From positions 7,440,001 through 7,504,000 of the forward strand of contig CATNEN010000025.1 of assembly GCA_950097015.1 (NCBI GenBank): 64,000 bases of DNA, in the 5' to 3' direction. Positions 11,975 through 23,767 of the stretch are shown here, one piece after another. Origin of the DNA: Macrostomum hystrix. Lineage: Eukaryota > Animalia > Platyhelminthes. How positions within the stretch are numbered: the first letter of the stretch is position 1; the number at the start of each line of letters is the position of its first letter. Below the pieces are notes generated by a model. That model did no database searches. It saw nothing but the letters and a program-made list of their open reading frames with translations, and had not been told where the DNA came from. The translations under genes were made by a program, and so were the position numbers.

Positions 11975-12835
11975 CCGATCCCGATCATCTTTCGGGAACC
12001 CCGAACCCCTTCCCGGTCATCTTTCGGGAACCCCGAACCCCTTCCCGGTCATTTTTTTCGGGAACCCCGAACCCCTTCTCGGTCATCTTTCGGGAACCCC
12101 GAACCCCTTCCCGGTCATTTTTTATGGAACCCCGAACCCCGATCCCGATCATCTTTCGGGAACCCCGAACCCTTCCCGGTCATCTTTCGGGAACCCCGAA
12201 CCCGGTCATCTTTCGGGAACCCCGAACCCTTCCCGGTCATCTTTCGGGAACCCCGAACCCCTTCCCGGTCATTTTTTCTGGAACCCCGAACCCCGATCCC
12301 GATCATCTTTCTTGAACCCCGAACCCTTCCCGGTCATCTTTCGGGAACCCCAAACCCTTCCCAGTCATCTTTCAGGAACCCCGAACCCCTTCCCGGTCAT
12401 TTTTTCGGGAACCCCGAACCCCTTTCCGGTCATTTTTTCGGGAACCCCGAACCCCTTCCCGGTCATTTTTTCTGGAACCCCGAACCCCGATCCCGATCAT
12501 CTTTCGGGAACCCCGAACCCTTCCCGGTCATCTTTCGGGAACCCCGAACCCTTCCCGGTCATCTTTCGGGAACCCCAAACCCTTCCCAGTCATCTTTCGG
12601 GAACCCCGAACCCCTTCCCGGTCATTTTTTCGGGAACCCCGAACCCCTTTCCGGTCATTTTTTCGGGAACCCCGAACCCCTTCCCGGTCATTTTTTCGGG
12701 AACCCCGAACCCCTTCCTGGTAATCTTTCTGGAACCCCGAACCCCTTCTCGGTCATCTTTCGGGAACCCCGAACCCCTTCTCGGTCATCTTTCGGGAACC
12801 CCGAACCCCTTCCTGGTCATCTTTCGGAAACCCCG
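11975..12835. repeat. ~32-bp minisatellite (GGGAACCCCGAACCCCTTCCCGGTCATCTTTC)n
   Basis: Tandem repeat with length variants; it explains ORF 11937..12947. Confidence 0.92.
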
Positions 12836-12840
12836 AAGGC

Positions 12841-12854
12841 ATTGCCATGGTAAC
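12841..12854. promoter_or_regulatory. Candidate RFX X-box motif ATTGCCATGGTAAC
   Basis: Matches RYYNYY-AT-RRNRAC consensus; ~740 bp upstream of the GPCR start. Motif match only. Confidence 0.25.
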
Positions 12855-13594
12855 TTTACTTTATTTGCAGGCTTGAAGCTTGACCCTAATCGTACGACAA
12901 GCACAGAATTATCGTTTCCTCTCCGCGGAATCGAGCCCAAGACGTGACCCGCTATTAAATTTGGCTAGTATTAGAGATTATAAAGCATAGAACTGGCGCA
13001 CTGTAAATCATAGCATCGAGGGCCCGGTTTTAAGACGAAAAAGATCCTCACTCGATAGAATAATCTGATAACAAAGACTACTTCCGCAATAACAAACACG
13101 TCAGTAATTCAGACGACTCAAAACATATTTCAACAGGCATTTTCCCGCTAGCAATATTAGCTGATTAAAAAAAGACTGAGAATAATTACATTTTCGCATT
13201 TTATTCCTGCAATATATCGTTTCGAAGAGAAACGCAGGGGTCCGTTTGTCACACTTGCAATTTTTCTATCTAATTAGATATTTTTTTGATAAAAAACTGA
13301 CAGAAAAAATACACCGACGTCACTTTCAAACTGCGGGTACTCCAAGCAGCGTTTCCCCTTTCTCTCACTCTCTCAGTCCTATAGACTTGTTGATTCCACT
13401 TCTGCCCTCTTGAAAAATTCTCCCAGAAGCATCAAATCAGCTACCGGAGCGGGCCGCCATTGGTCAGAGGGTATGGGCTTGGGGGTAGGTAGGCGTTACA
13501 AAACAGCATTCCGCTTTATATTTATTACTGCTGCCAGACGTCTGCTTTGTAAACTATATCTGCTTTGGATTCTCTTACTGACAATCGCGCAGAC

Positions 13595-14830
13595 ATGGAA
13601 CCCGACGGCTCCGGTCCGTACAGGACCTGGCTGGCCCGCCTCAACCTGCTGAACGCGCCGCTGCTAGCTCTGGGCATTGCTGGCAATTTTGTGAATTGTT
13701 TGGCATTCTCGCAGAGAGCCGTATGGCGTCACAGCCTGACTGCGGCGCTGTTCGCCCTGTCCCTGAACGACCTGCTGCTGCTGTGCGCCTACACCGCCGT
13801 GTCCTACTCGAGCCTGCAGATCGGCAGTGCGGTCGGCTGCTTCGCCAGCCAGTTCGTCTATGGCAGCCTGTCGCTGCTCAGCCCCTGGCTTCTAGTCGGC
13901 ATCACCGTAGACCGGCTGGTCCATGTCGCCGACTTCTCGTCACTAGCCAGGCGACTTCGGCCGGGCTTTGTGGCTGCCGCGTTGGCCGCGCTCAGCGCCA
14001 GTCTGAACCTCCACGTGGCCTACAGCATCGTGTACCAGCCGGACCCCATTCACAATGGCACCATGAACTGCATGCCTCGGCCCGGCGCGGAGGGCTTCGC
14101 TCTGGCCGACACGGTGGCCACCGCCCTTCTACCCGGCGCACTCCTGGTGCTACTGAACTCGGCCGTCTACCACGTCGCTAGACGGGCCGGCCGGCTGCGT
14201 CCACGGCCGGAGGGCGAAGCCGGTGTCGAACAGCCGCCAGGCAGGCGTTACCCGCTCAGCCGGATGCTCCTGAGCTTCTGCCTGGCATACCTGCTGCTCA
14301 ACCTGCCCAACTACGGAGTCATCTGCGCCGGCCTGCTGCTGCAGCGGAGCAGCGTTAGCATCAATGGTGAGCACTTCAACCTGGTGCGTAGCGCCTGCCA
14401 AACACTGTACCTGGCTCACTTCTCCACCAATGGCGTCATCTATGCCTACTGCAACCGCAAGTACCGCGTGGCACTTTCATTGCTGGGCCGCAAGGCGCGT
14501 CATCGACTGGGCCGACTGCCGCGCCTTCTCAGGCGCCTTCTGACGCGCCTGCGACCGCGCGCCCGACCCCGATGGCCTCTCGGCGGCCATCAATTTGTCA
14601 CCTTCGTGCCAATCAACCCGACGGCAGCGGCCGGAGCCGACATCGGCGCCACAATCGGACAGTCCAGCAGCATCTGCCGGTGCTGCCGATGTCAACAGCA
14701 GTTGAACTTGCCACATCCAGCCGCAGCTGTCGCAGCTGTCGCCGCCGCGATCGCTGCCGGTCAAGATTCTGGCCCCGAAGGCGACCTCGTTGTCGGTTGC
14801 CAACAGATGAAACCGACAGTATCTAGCTGA
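13595..14830 (+). CDS. Class A (rhodopsin-like) GPCR, probably peptide-receptor type, intronless, ~411 aa
   Basis: Seven hydrophobic segments; GN in TM1, LSLND in TM2, TVDRL in TM3, CLAYLLLNLP in TM6, TNGVIY in TM7. First ATG at 13595 (CGCAG|ACATGG); the ORF track start is a TTG. Confidence 0.88.
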   Translation: MEPDGSGPYRTWLARLNLLNAPLLALGIAGNFVNCLAFSQRAVWRHSLTAALFALSLNDLLLLCAYTAVSYSSLQIGSAVGCFASQFVYGSLSLLSPWLLVGITVDRLVHVADFSSLARRLRPGFVAAALAALSASLNLHVAYSIVYQPDPIHNGTMNCMPRPGAEGFALADTVATALLPGALLVLLNSAVYHVARRAGRLRPRPEGEAGVEQPPGRRYPLSRMLLSFCLAYLLLNLPNYGVICAGLLLQRSSVSINGEHFNLVRSACQTLYLAHFSTNGVIYAYCNRKYRVALSLLGRKARHRLGRLPRLLRRLLTRLRPRARPRWPLGGHQFVTFVPINPTAAAGADIGATIGQSSSICRCCRCQQQLNLPHPAAAVAAVAAAIAAGQDSGPEGDLVVGCQQMKPTVSS

Positions 14831-15529
14831 TTGACATGTCACACGCTTTTTCTCTTTTGCTTTTTTTCTATTGACATTCGGAGCTTGGCTGGTCGCATTA
14901 ATCTTCTGCTATCAATCCTAATTGCAGTGCGTACAATTTTTGTTGAAATTCAGCTTTCACAAGCCCTCACTGACCCGACCCGATAAGCAAAATCAATTTC
15001 AGTCCTGCCACTCTTACTGCACTCAGCGGGTGGGGCAGACTGACTGTGAGGGACTGCCCATAACCATACGGGTGCGTCCACTGCAGGACAGACAGATTGG
15101 ACAGGCAGAACCTATTTTAAATCTTTGGGGTGTTTCGATGTCAGTAAAGAACGGAATGAAGCCAAATCTTACAAGTTGAAGTCGAAAACGTCTAAACACC
15201 CGTTTGTTAAGACTCATGTTTTTTTTAATATGAATAAAACAAGGCAGTAAAATAAAATTACAAAACCTAATTTAGCTATCTAGTCCTCGCTAATTTTTAC
15301 ATGGAAAATTTGCACACGAGAACTCATAGAAAACAAATATATAGTATAAAAATTGTACGCAGAAAAATTAGAACATTTTTCAAACAAAATTAAAAACAAT
15401 AAATTTGCACAACCCTTCAACACCAGAAGTCGGATAAAAATATCATTTTCGAAAATGTTTTATGAACAAACTGGAAGGTTCATGTTTGAAACTAATAAGT
15501 GCTATCACATAGGAGCATTTGCAGGAGCA

Positions 15530-16650
15530 AATGAGGAAGGTGTCAGGAGGAAGGTGTCAGGAGGAAGGTGTCAGGAGGAAGGTGTCAGGAGGAAGGTGTC
15601 AGGAGGAAGGTGTCAGGAGGAAGGTGTCAGGAGGAAGATGTCAGGAGGAAGGTGTCAGGAGGAAGGTGTCAGGAGGAAGGTGTCAGGAGGAAGATGTCAT
15701 GAGGAAGGTGTCATGAGGAAGGTGTCAGGAGGAAGATGTCATGAGGAAGGTGTCAGGAGGAAGGTGCCAGGAGGAAGGTGTCAGGAGGAAGATGCCAGGA
15801 GGAAGGTGTCAGGAGGAAGGTGCCAGGAGGAAGGTGTCAGGAGGAAGATGCCAGGAGGAAGGTGTCAGGAGGAAGATGCCAGGAGGAAGGTGCCAGGAGG
15901 AAGATGTCAGGAGGAAGGTGTCAGGAGGAAGATGCCAGGAGGAAGGTGTCAGGAGGAAGATGTCAGGAGGAAGGTGTCAGGAGGAAGGTGCCAGGAGGAA
16001 GGTGTCAGGAGGAAGATGCCAGGAGGAAGGTGTCAGGAGGAAGGTGTCAGGAGGAAGGTGTCAGGAGGAAGATGTCAGGAGGAAGGTGTCAGGAGGAAGG
16101 TGTCAGGAGGAAGGTGTCAGGAGGAAGATGTCATGAGGAAGGTGTCATGAGGAAGGTGTCAGGAGGAAGATGTCATGAGGAAGGTGTCAGGAGGAAGGTG
16201 CCAGGAGGAAGGTGTCAGGAGGAAGATGCCAGGAGGAAGGTGTCAGGAGGAAGGTGCCAGGAGGAAGGTGTCAGGAGGAAGATGCCAGGAGGAAGGTGTC
16301 AGGAGGAAGATGCCAGGAGGAAGGTGCCAGGAGGAAGATGTCAGGAGGAAGGTGTCAGGAGGAAGATGCCAGGAGGAAGGTGTCAGGAGGAAGATGTCAG
16401 GAGGAAGGTGTCAGGAGGAAGGTGCCAGGAGGAAGGTGTCAGGAGGAAGATGCCAGGAGGAAGGTGCCAGGAGGAAGGTGTCAGGAGGAAGGTGTCAGGA
16501 GAAAGGTGTCAGGAGGAAGATGCCAGGAGGAAGGTGCCAGGAGGAAGGTGTCAGGAGGAAAGTGTCAGGAAGAAAATGTCAGGAGGAAGGTGTCAGGAGG
16601 AAGGTGTCAGCAGGAAGGTGTCAGGAGGAAAATGTCAGGAGGAAAATGTT
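15530..16650. repeat. 14-bp minisatellite (GTCAGGAGGAAGGT)n, ~80 copies
   Basis: Tandem repeat with a 434-bp internal block duplication. Confidence 0.95.
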
Positions 16651-16660
16651 AGGAGCGGAG

Positions 16661-17080
16661 TCAGTGCTGAGTTGGCTCAGATGCAGAGGCTGACTCTGAT
16701 GTCGCGCCGGCAGCAGGTCGCTGAACGCCGCCGCCGCGCCTCGCACCGGCAGTTGTCGCAGCTGAAGCGGCCGCCGTCGCCGCAGCCGCCTGCCTGCGCC
16801 AGGCCTCGTAGGCGTCGCGCATGTCGCTGGCGGCAGCTCGGAGGCGACGGACGCTCTCTAGGTGGGCTTCCTCGGCTCGATTCAGCCGTTCGATGTTCTC
16901 GCTGTGAAGTCGGGCGCGGCCGGACTCCGACATAGCCCGATAGCGCTGAACTGCGGCCCGGCACTCGGGCGCCTGGCCGGCCTCCTCACGGGCGACTGTC
17001 AGCTCCGCCTGCACACGGGCGTCGGCGATGGCGCCGGCGGCGGCACCGGAGCGCTCGATTAGGCGAATTACTGAGTCCAT
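16661..17080 (-). CDS. Orphan 139-aa predicted alpha-helical/coiled-coil protein, single exon
   Basis: MDSVIRLIERSGAAAGAIADARVQAELTVAREE...EEAHLESVRRLRAAASDMRDAYEAWRRQ...; GC-rich like neighbouring genes; AAAATGG start context; strong acceptor TCTGTTTTTCAG ~60 nt upstream. Confidence 0.5.
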   Translation of the reverse strand: MDSVIRLIERSGAAAGAIADARVQAELTVAREEAGQAPECRAAVQRYRAMSESGRARLHSENIERLNRAEEAHLESVRRLRAAASDMRDAYEAWRRQAAAATAAASAATTAGARRGGGVQRPAAGATSESASASEPTQH

Positions 17081-17180
17081 TTTAGCTGCCGATGAGACGG
17101 ATGGTTTCTGATGAACTTCCGGAGTGAGTTGAGCGGCTGAAAAACAGATCGTTTCAATAAACGCGGGCAACAGTTAGGCT

Positions 17181-18515
17181 GATCCTTCAGGCTGTGCTTC
17201 CGCTCTCCCAGATCCTTCAGTTTGTGCTTCCACTCTCCCAGATCCTTCAGGCTGTGCTTCCACTCTCCCAGATCCTTCAGTTTGTGCTTCCACTCTCCCA
17301 GATCCTTCAGGCTGTGCTTCCGCTCTCCCAGATCCTTCAGGTTGTGCTTCCACTCTCCCAGATCCTTCAGGTTGTGCTTCCACTCTCCCAGATCCTTCAG
17401 TTTGTGCTTCCACTCTCCCAGATCCTTCAGGTTGTGCTTCCACTCTCCCAGATCCTTCAGTTTGTGCTTCCACTCTCCCAGATCGTTTCAAGATGTGCTT
17501 CCACTCTCCCAGATCCTTCAGTTTGTGCTTCCACTCTCCCAGATCGTTTCAAGATGTGCTTCCACTCTCCCAGATCCTTCAGGTTGTGCTTTCACTCTCC
17601 CAGATCCTTCAGGTTGTGCTTCCACTCTCCCAGATCCTTCAGGTTGTGCTTTCACTCTCCCAGATCCTTCAGGTTGTGCTTCCACTCTCCCAGATCCTTC
17701 AGTTTGTGCTTCCACTCTCCCAGATCCTTCAGGTTGTGCTTCCACTCTCCCAGATCCTTCAGTTTGTGCTTCCACTCTCCCAGATCGTTTCAAGATGTGC
17801 TTCCACTCTCCCAGATCCTTCAGTTTGTGCTTCCACTCTCCCAGATCCTTCAGGTTGTGCTTCCACTCTCCCAGATCCTTCAGTTTGTGCTTCCACTCTC
17901 CCAGATCCTTCAGGTTGTGCTTCCACTCTCCCAGATCCTTCAGTTTGTGCTTCCACTCTCCCAGATCGTTTCAAGATGTGCTTCCACTCTCCCAGATCCT
18001 TCAGTTTGTGCTTCCACTCTCCCAGATCGTTTCAAGATGTGCTTCCACTCTCCCAGATCCTTCAGGTTGTGCTTTCACTCTCCCAGATCCTTCAGGTTGT
18101 GCTTCCACTCTCCCAGATCCTTCAGGTTGTGCTTTCACTCTCCCAGATCCTTCAGGTTGTGCTTCCACTCTCCCAGATCCTTCAGGCTGTGCTTCCACTC
18201 TCCAAGATCCTTCAGGCTGTGCTTCCACTCTCCCAGATGCTTCAGTTTGTGCTTCCACTCTCCCAGATCCTTCAGTTTGTGCTTCCACTCTCCCAGATCG
18301 TTTAAAGATGTGCTTCCACTCTCCCAGATCCTTCAGGATGTGCTTCCACTCTCCCAGATCGTTTAAAGATGTGCTTCCACTCTCCCAGATCCTTCAGGAT
18401 GTGCTTCCACTCTCCCAGATCCTTTAGTTTGTGCTTCCACTCTCCCAGATCGTTTAAAGATGTGCTTCCACTCTCCCAGATCCTTCAGGCTGTGCTTCCA
18501 CTCTGCCAGATCCCA
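17181..18515 (+). repeat. 30-bp minisatellite (GATCCTTCAGGTTGTGCTTCCACTCTCCCA)n, left arm of inverted pair
   Basis: Tandem repeat with a 31-bp GATCGTTTCAAGATG variant. Confidence 0.95.
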
Positions 18516-19268
18516 GAAAAAAATGAGCTACAAAGTAATGAAGACCCGTACAATATTGTGTCCAAAAACTCATGTGACAATTTTGGCAGTTATCGCTGAA
18601 AACATTTTCTGTTTTGTCCATTGTCAAATTATAATTCATTGAGTTCGTTTTTTCATCCTAAGCGCGACATGCATTTATTGTTCCGCAATATTCCAAAAAT
18701 TCCCAAATGCGGGATCCCAAACTCCTCTCATAAAATCCCAAAGCAATTTTTTTATCCCTCATGGACTCTAGAACTGTATATTGCACTAGACAATAAGGCT
18801 GTGTGTGTGTGTGTGTACGCGTGAGATACACACTTATACCCCTACAATGAGAACCCTATTTTAGATAGGTGAAAAGAGAGAAAACAATTATAACAGAACT
18901 CCCTATCTGGGCATATGGGTCCGAAATGGGAGTTTTATCCCCAGATGCTATATTCAGAGCTCCATGGCAGAGTACTCATTAAATGGGAACTCAAAAAAAT
19001 TGAAATTAGTTACTTGTACGATGAGAGTGCTGTCAGCAACTAAGTCTCAAACCTTATGCTAGACTGAATAATTCTGTTCTGTGTTCTGTTCTCAATGTAG
19101 CCAGGTGGAGAAATTCGCGAAAAAATAATTTTCTTGAGCAGACAATTAATGAAGACAGACAAGGCAATTGTATCAAACTAACTCATTGGCACTAATGGAC
19201 TAGCAATACTCGAGGCTTGAAGACAAAGTCCTGAGTTTCTCAGCCCAAAAAGCAGTCCACCTTAAAAA

Positions 19269-19997
19269 TGGAATCAGGGAGAGGGGAAGCACAATCTGAA
19301 GGATCTGGGAGAGTGGAAGCACAACCTGAAGGATCTGGGAGAGTGGAAGCACAACCTGAAGGATCTGAGAGAGTGGAAGCACAGCCTGAAGGATCTGAGA
19401 GAGTGGAAGCACAGCCTGAAGGATCTGAGAGAGTGGAAGCACAGCCTGAAGGATCTGAGAGAGTGGAAGCACAGCCTGAAGGATCTGAGAGAGTGGAAGC
19501 ACAGCCTGAAGGATCTGGGAGAGTGGAAGCACAGCCTGAAGGATCTGAGAGAGTGGAAGCACAGCCTGAAGGATCTGGGAGAGTGGAAGCACAGCCTGAA
19601 GAATCTGAGAGAGTGGAAGCACAACATAAAGGATCTGGAAGAGTGAAAGCACAACTTGAAGGATCTGGGAGAGTGGAAGCACATCCTGAAGGATCTAAGA
19701 GAGTGGAAGCACATCTTGAAGGATCTAAGAGAGTGGAAGCACATCTTGAAACGATCTGGGAGAGTGGAAGCACAACCTGAAGGATCTGGGAGAGTGGAAG
19801 CACATCCTGAAGGATCTAAGAGAGTGGAAGCACATCTTGAAACGATCTGGGAGAGTGGAAGCACAACCTGAAGGATCTGGGAGAGTGGAAGCACATCTTG
19901 AAACGATCTGGGAGAGTGGAAGCACAACCTGAAGGATCTGGGAGAGTGGAAGCACAGCCTGAAAGATCTGGGAGAGTGGAAGCACAGCCTGAAGGAT
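19269..19997 (-). repeat. Same 30-bp minisatellite in inverted orientation, right arm
   Basis: (GAAGGATCTGGGAGAGTGGAAGCACAACCT)n is the reverse complement of the 17181-18515 unit and includes the same 31-bp variant. Confidence 0.95.
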
Positions 19998-20579
19998 TTT
20001 TCACGTAGATGTGTAATCAGTCAACAATTCTTGCTTACCGCAGTGAATGCCTAAGGAGAGAAGTCCAGTAAATACAAAGATTGAAATGACTCAGCCCAGC
20101 CCTGCTTTGAGAAGGTTTTTCTCACCAATAAATGGCCAGCGAATGTTGTTCATTTTTATGCAAAGACTTATTAACGGCAATCGGAAGATTCTGATGTGGG
20201 GTTAGGCAGACTGCAGAAAAACAGAGAACCGGAGAGAGAGATAGAGAGAGAGGGGTGAGGAGCTCGGAATGGAATTCGCAAATTCGCAAAGGCAGGAATG
20301 AGAATGATTCAGGTATCTGCACTGCAGGCAGGAAGAAGGGAAAGTTTTCAGCCATTTGGCTGTGCGGCTGTGTGCGCCCTGTGTTTGGCTTGTCTGCACA
20401 CGCGCAGGTCAAAGCCGCAAGGCACTGCTCAGCGGTTAAATAAGCTAACTAATTTAATAGCTCCTCTTTACTTCTTACCTGCAGAAAAAGTAATATGCGC
20501 ATCTTTGCGCTTAAATTCATCTTCATTTATTTTATAGTCAGGTGAGACCCAATCTCTAGATGTTAGAGGCCGTGTTTTA

Positions 20580-21077
20580 CCATACTACTACTGCTACTAC
20601 TACTGCTGATGCTGCTGCTGATGCTACTGCAGCTACTACTACTGCTGATTCTGCTGCTGATGTTGCTACTGCAGCTACTACTACTGCTGATGCTGCTGCT
20701 GCTGTTGCTACTGCAGCTACTACTACTGCTGATGCTGCTGCTGCTGTTGCTATTGCAGCTACTGCTACTGCTGATGCTGCTGCTGATGTTGCTACTGCAG
20801 CTACTACTACTGCTGATGCTGCTGCTGCTGTTGCTACTGCAGCTACTACTACTGCTGATGCTGCTGCTGCTGTTGCTATTGCAGCTACTGCTACTGCTGA
20901 TGCTGCTGCTGATGTTGCTACTGCAGCTACTACTACTGCTGATGCTGCTGCTGCTGTTGCTACTGCAGCTACTACTACTGCTGATGCTGCTGCTGCTGTT
21001 GCTACTGCAGCTACTACTACTGCTGATGCTGCTGCTGCTGTTGCTATTGCAGCTACTGCTACTGCTGATGCTGCTGC
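20580..21077. repeat. Compound trinucleotide-derived array (GCT/ACT/GAT)n
   Basis: Patterned triplet repeat abutting the LINE 3' tail. Confidence 0.9.
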
Positions 21078-23257
21078 TTCTTCTTCTTCTTCTTTATTCA
21101 GACCTCGCGCAGGTCAGAACAGCGGTTCTGATAGGGGCTGGGGCGGCCAGCGCCCCCATGCTCCGCAGAAGGGAAATGGCCTTGCCGGGCTGGCGCAGGA
21201 GCTCCTGGTGGTCCGTGCCAACCAGGGCAAGGCGTTTTGCGTCGCCCCGAGGGCAGTAGAGTATGGCGTGGTGCGGCGTGTCCACGGCTCCGCAGTCGGC
21301 GCAGAGTTCGTCTTCCGCGAGGCCGAAGCGGTGCAGCGTCTCGCGACAGAGGGTTGTCGCATTGGCACGCAGTTGGTTTGCAACCACGATTTCGGCACGA
21401 TTGCGGGCATCCCCGAAGGTCGGCCAGGTGGCGCTTGGGAGGCTGCGCGCGTCGAGCCTCTGCCGCTCACGTCGAATGGCGGCTTTGGCCGTGTCCAGCG
21501 GGATGCCGACGTCGGAGTGCTCGAGGAGCACCGCCTCATTTGCTATCCCGTCCACAACCTCGTTGAGCTCGAGGCCGCAGTGGGCTGGCACCCAGCACAG
21601 CTCGACCTTTCTCGAGGTGCGGAGGAGGTGGTGCCAGCAGGAGCGGCCGAGATCTGTCCGCTGCAGCAGGGGGCCAGCTTGGAGGGCCTGCAGAGCGCTG
21701 AGGCTGTCCGAGTGCACTCGTGCAGTTGCCCCTAGCTCTGGCGGCAGGTCGGCGATGGTGGTGAGGGCCTCACGGAGGGCGCAGAGCTCGGCCTGAAAGC
21801 TGCTGCATAGTTGCCCCGCGGCAGTGCGGCGTATGAGGCTCTGGAGCCGGCTGATAACAACGGCGGCGCCTCCGCCCGGGCCGGTGCCGTCCCGCACCGA
21901 TCCGTCGGTCCAGGCCTCGATGTCGCTCGGTGGGCGGCCTGCAAGGGCCCGTCGCGCTGCCTTCGCCCGGGCCTCCGGTCCGTCGGACCTGGTGGCTGCT
22001 CTGGCGATGTCCAGGTCGAAGGCAACGTGGTCAATCCGGGCGTCACAGGGTGCGCACCCGAGCTGCGTATCGATGCGAGGGAGGCCGTCCAGGACCTGGC
22101 AGACGTCGGGCTCGGTGGCTGCGCGGCGCCAGCAGCCTCGGAATGGGCGCGTAAAGGTCGCGCGAATCGACGAGGGCCCCCGACGTGCAGGCGGCGATGT
22201 CCGCGCCGCGCTCAGCTTGTTTGCGGAGGTAGGCCTCATGGCAGCGGCTTTTGAGTCGGGGCTGGGTGGCGCGGCAAAGGCTGGCGCGGGCTGGCGTGTC
22301 GGCGGGGAGGCGTAAGACCCGCTCGCGCAGGCAGGCGGCCCTTTCGGTGACCAGGTGGCTGAACGGCGTAAGGTCAGCCAGTTTGAGGACTGCTCTAGAG
22401 TCCGATGGGAGAATGCAGCCCGTGATGGCCCGGGCGCAGGCCAGCTGCTGGCGCTCGATGGCGAGGCGTGTGGACGGCGCAGCGCCTGCAGCCCAGACTG
22501 CACATCCGTACTCAGCGACCGGGCGGATTGTGCTGACGTACGCGGTGCGTAAAGTTCGCATGTCTGCCCCGGTTGTGCGGTGGCTAAGCGCGACCAGGGC
22601 TCGGCGCCGGCTGGCCATTCGGCTCTTGACGGCAGCTGCGTGTCGGCCGAAGGTGAGCTGGTCGTCGAGCTTGACGCCCAGGAAGGTGGGGGCGTCTTCG
22701 AAGGCGAGAGGCGAGCCGTTAATACTGAGGTTTACTTGCTTTTACCCCCTGGTCTCGCGTGCATCCAGGCTGAAAGTGCCATAGACGCATTTGCTGGTGC
22801 TCAGCACGACCTTCCGGGTGTATCACCAGTCTGCCGCGGCGTCCAGGGCTGGCTGGAGGAGGCGAGCGCAATCGTCGAGGCTGCGGGCGGTGGCCAGCAG
22901 AGCCGAGTCGTCGGCGAAAAGACTCAATGCGCAAATTGGGGCTGCCCGCGTGATGCACTCCTGGAGATCGTTGACAAAGGCGATCCACAGGAGCGGGGCA
23001 ATCACGCTGCCTTGTGGGAGGCCCTCGCGGAATATGCGTTCTTTGCTTACGCAGCGCCCCCAGCGGACCTGGGCTCGCCGGTCGGTCAGGAAACCGCGGA
23101 TCCACCGGATGGTGCAGGTTGGGACGCCCAAGCGGGCGAGTTTGGCGAGCAGGGCTTTGCGCCACACCTTGTCGTAGGCGCACTTAAAATCCAGCAGGCA
23201 AAGGATCGCTCGGTGGGCTGGGTGGTGCTCCAGGGCGTCCAAGATGTCCTGGCAGAC
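21078..23257 (-). mobile_element. Decayed, 5'-truncated non-LTR retrotransposon (RT + RNase H + CCHC; I-group/Ingi-like)
   Basis: RT motifs LLDFKCAYDKV, GLPQGSVIAP, LFADDS, FLGVKLD; in-frame stops near 22823 and 22738; frameshift before RNase H (AWTDGS, FQAELCAL, HSDSLSAL, WVPAHCG); C-terminal CADC..HHAILYC; AATAAA plus (GAA)5 tail. Confidence 0.92.
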
Positions 23258-23730
23258 TCTCACTCCCTTCTCTCACTCCTTTCTCTCACTCCCTTCTCTC
23301 ACTCCCTTCTCTCATTCCCTTCTCTCACTCCCTTCTCTCACTCCCTTCTCTCTCACTCCCTCCTCTCTCACTCCCTTCTCTCACTCCCTTCTCTCACCCC
23401 CCTTCTCTCACTCCCTTCTCTCACCCCCCCTTCTCTCACTCCCTTCTCTCACTCCCTTCTCTGACTCCCTTCTCTCACTCCCTTCTCTCACCCCCTTCTC
23501 TCACCCCCTTCTCTCAGCCCCTTCTCTCACCCCTTTCTGTCTCCATTCTCTGACTCCCTTCTCTCACCCCCTTCTCTCACCCCCTTCTCTCAGCCCCTTC
23601 TCTCACCTCTTTCTGACTCCCTTCTCTCACTCCCTTCTCTCACTTCCTTCTCTCACTCCCTTCTCTCTCTCCCTTCTCTCACTCCCTTCTCTCACTCCCT
23701 TCTCTCACTCCTTTCTCTCTCACTCCCTTT
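23257..23730. repeat. 13-bp pyrimidine-rich minisatellite (CACTCCCTTCTCT)n
   Basis: Tandem repeat at the LINE 5' junction. Confidence 0.9.
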
Positions 23731-23767
23731 AGACCACGACAGTATAAAGACGACGGTTTCAAATACC

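Noticed and set aside
11937-12947. 336-aa ORF with GTPNPFPVIF repeats
   Set aside because: Minisatellite translation with irregular unit lengths.
15353-19985. Many ORFs such as SGGRCQEEGVRRKV, VLPLSQILQ, CASTLPDPSG, EGSGRVEAQP
   Set aside because: Translations of the 14-bp and 30-bp arrays in multiple frames and strands.
20560-21735. 391-aa ORF with Ala/Thr/Asp repeats reminiscent of antifreeze proteins
   Set aside because: A triplet array is open in several frames by construction; there is no signal peptide, and the remainder is antisense LINE sequence.
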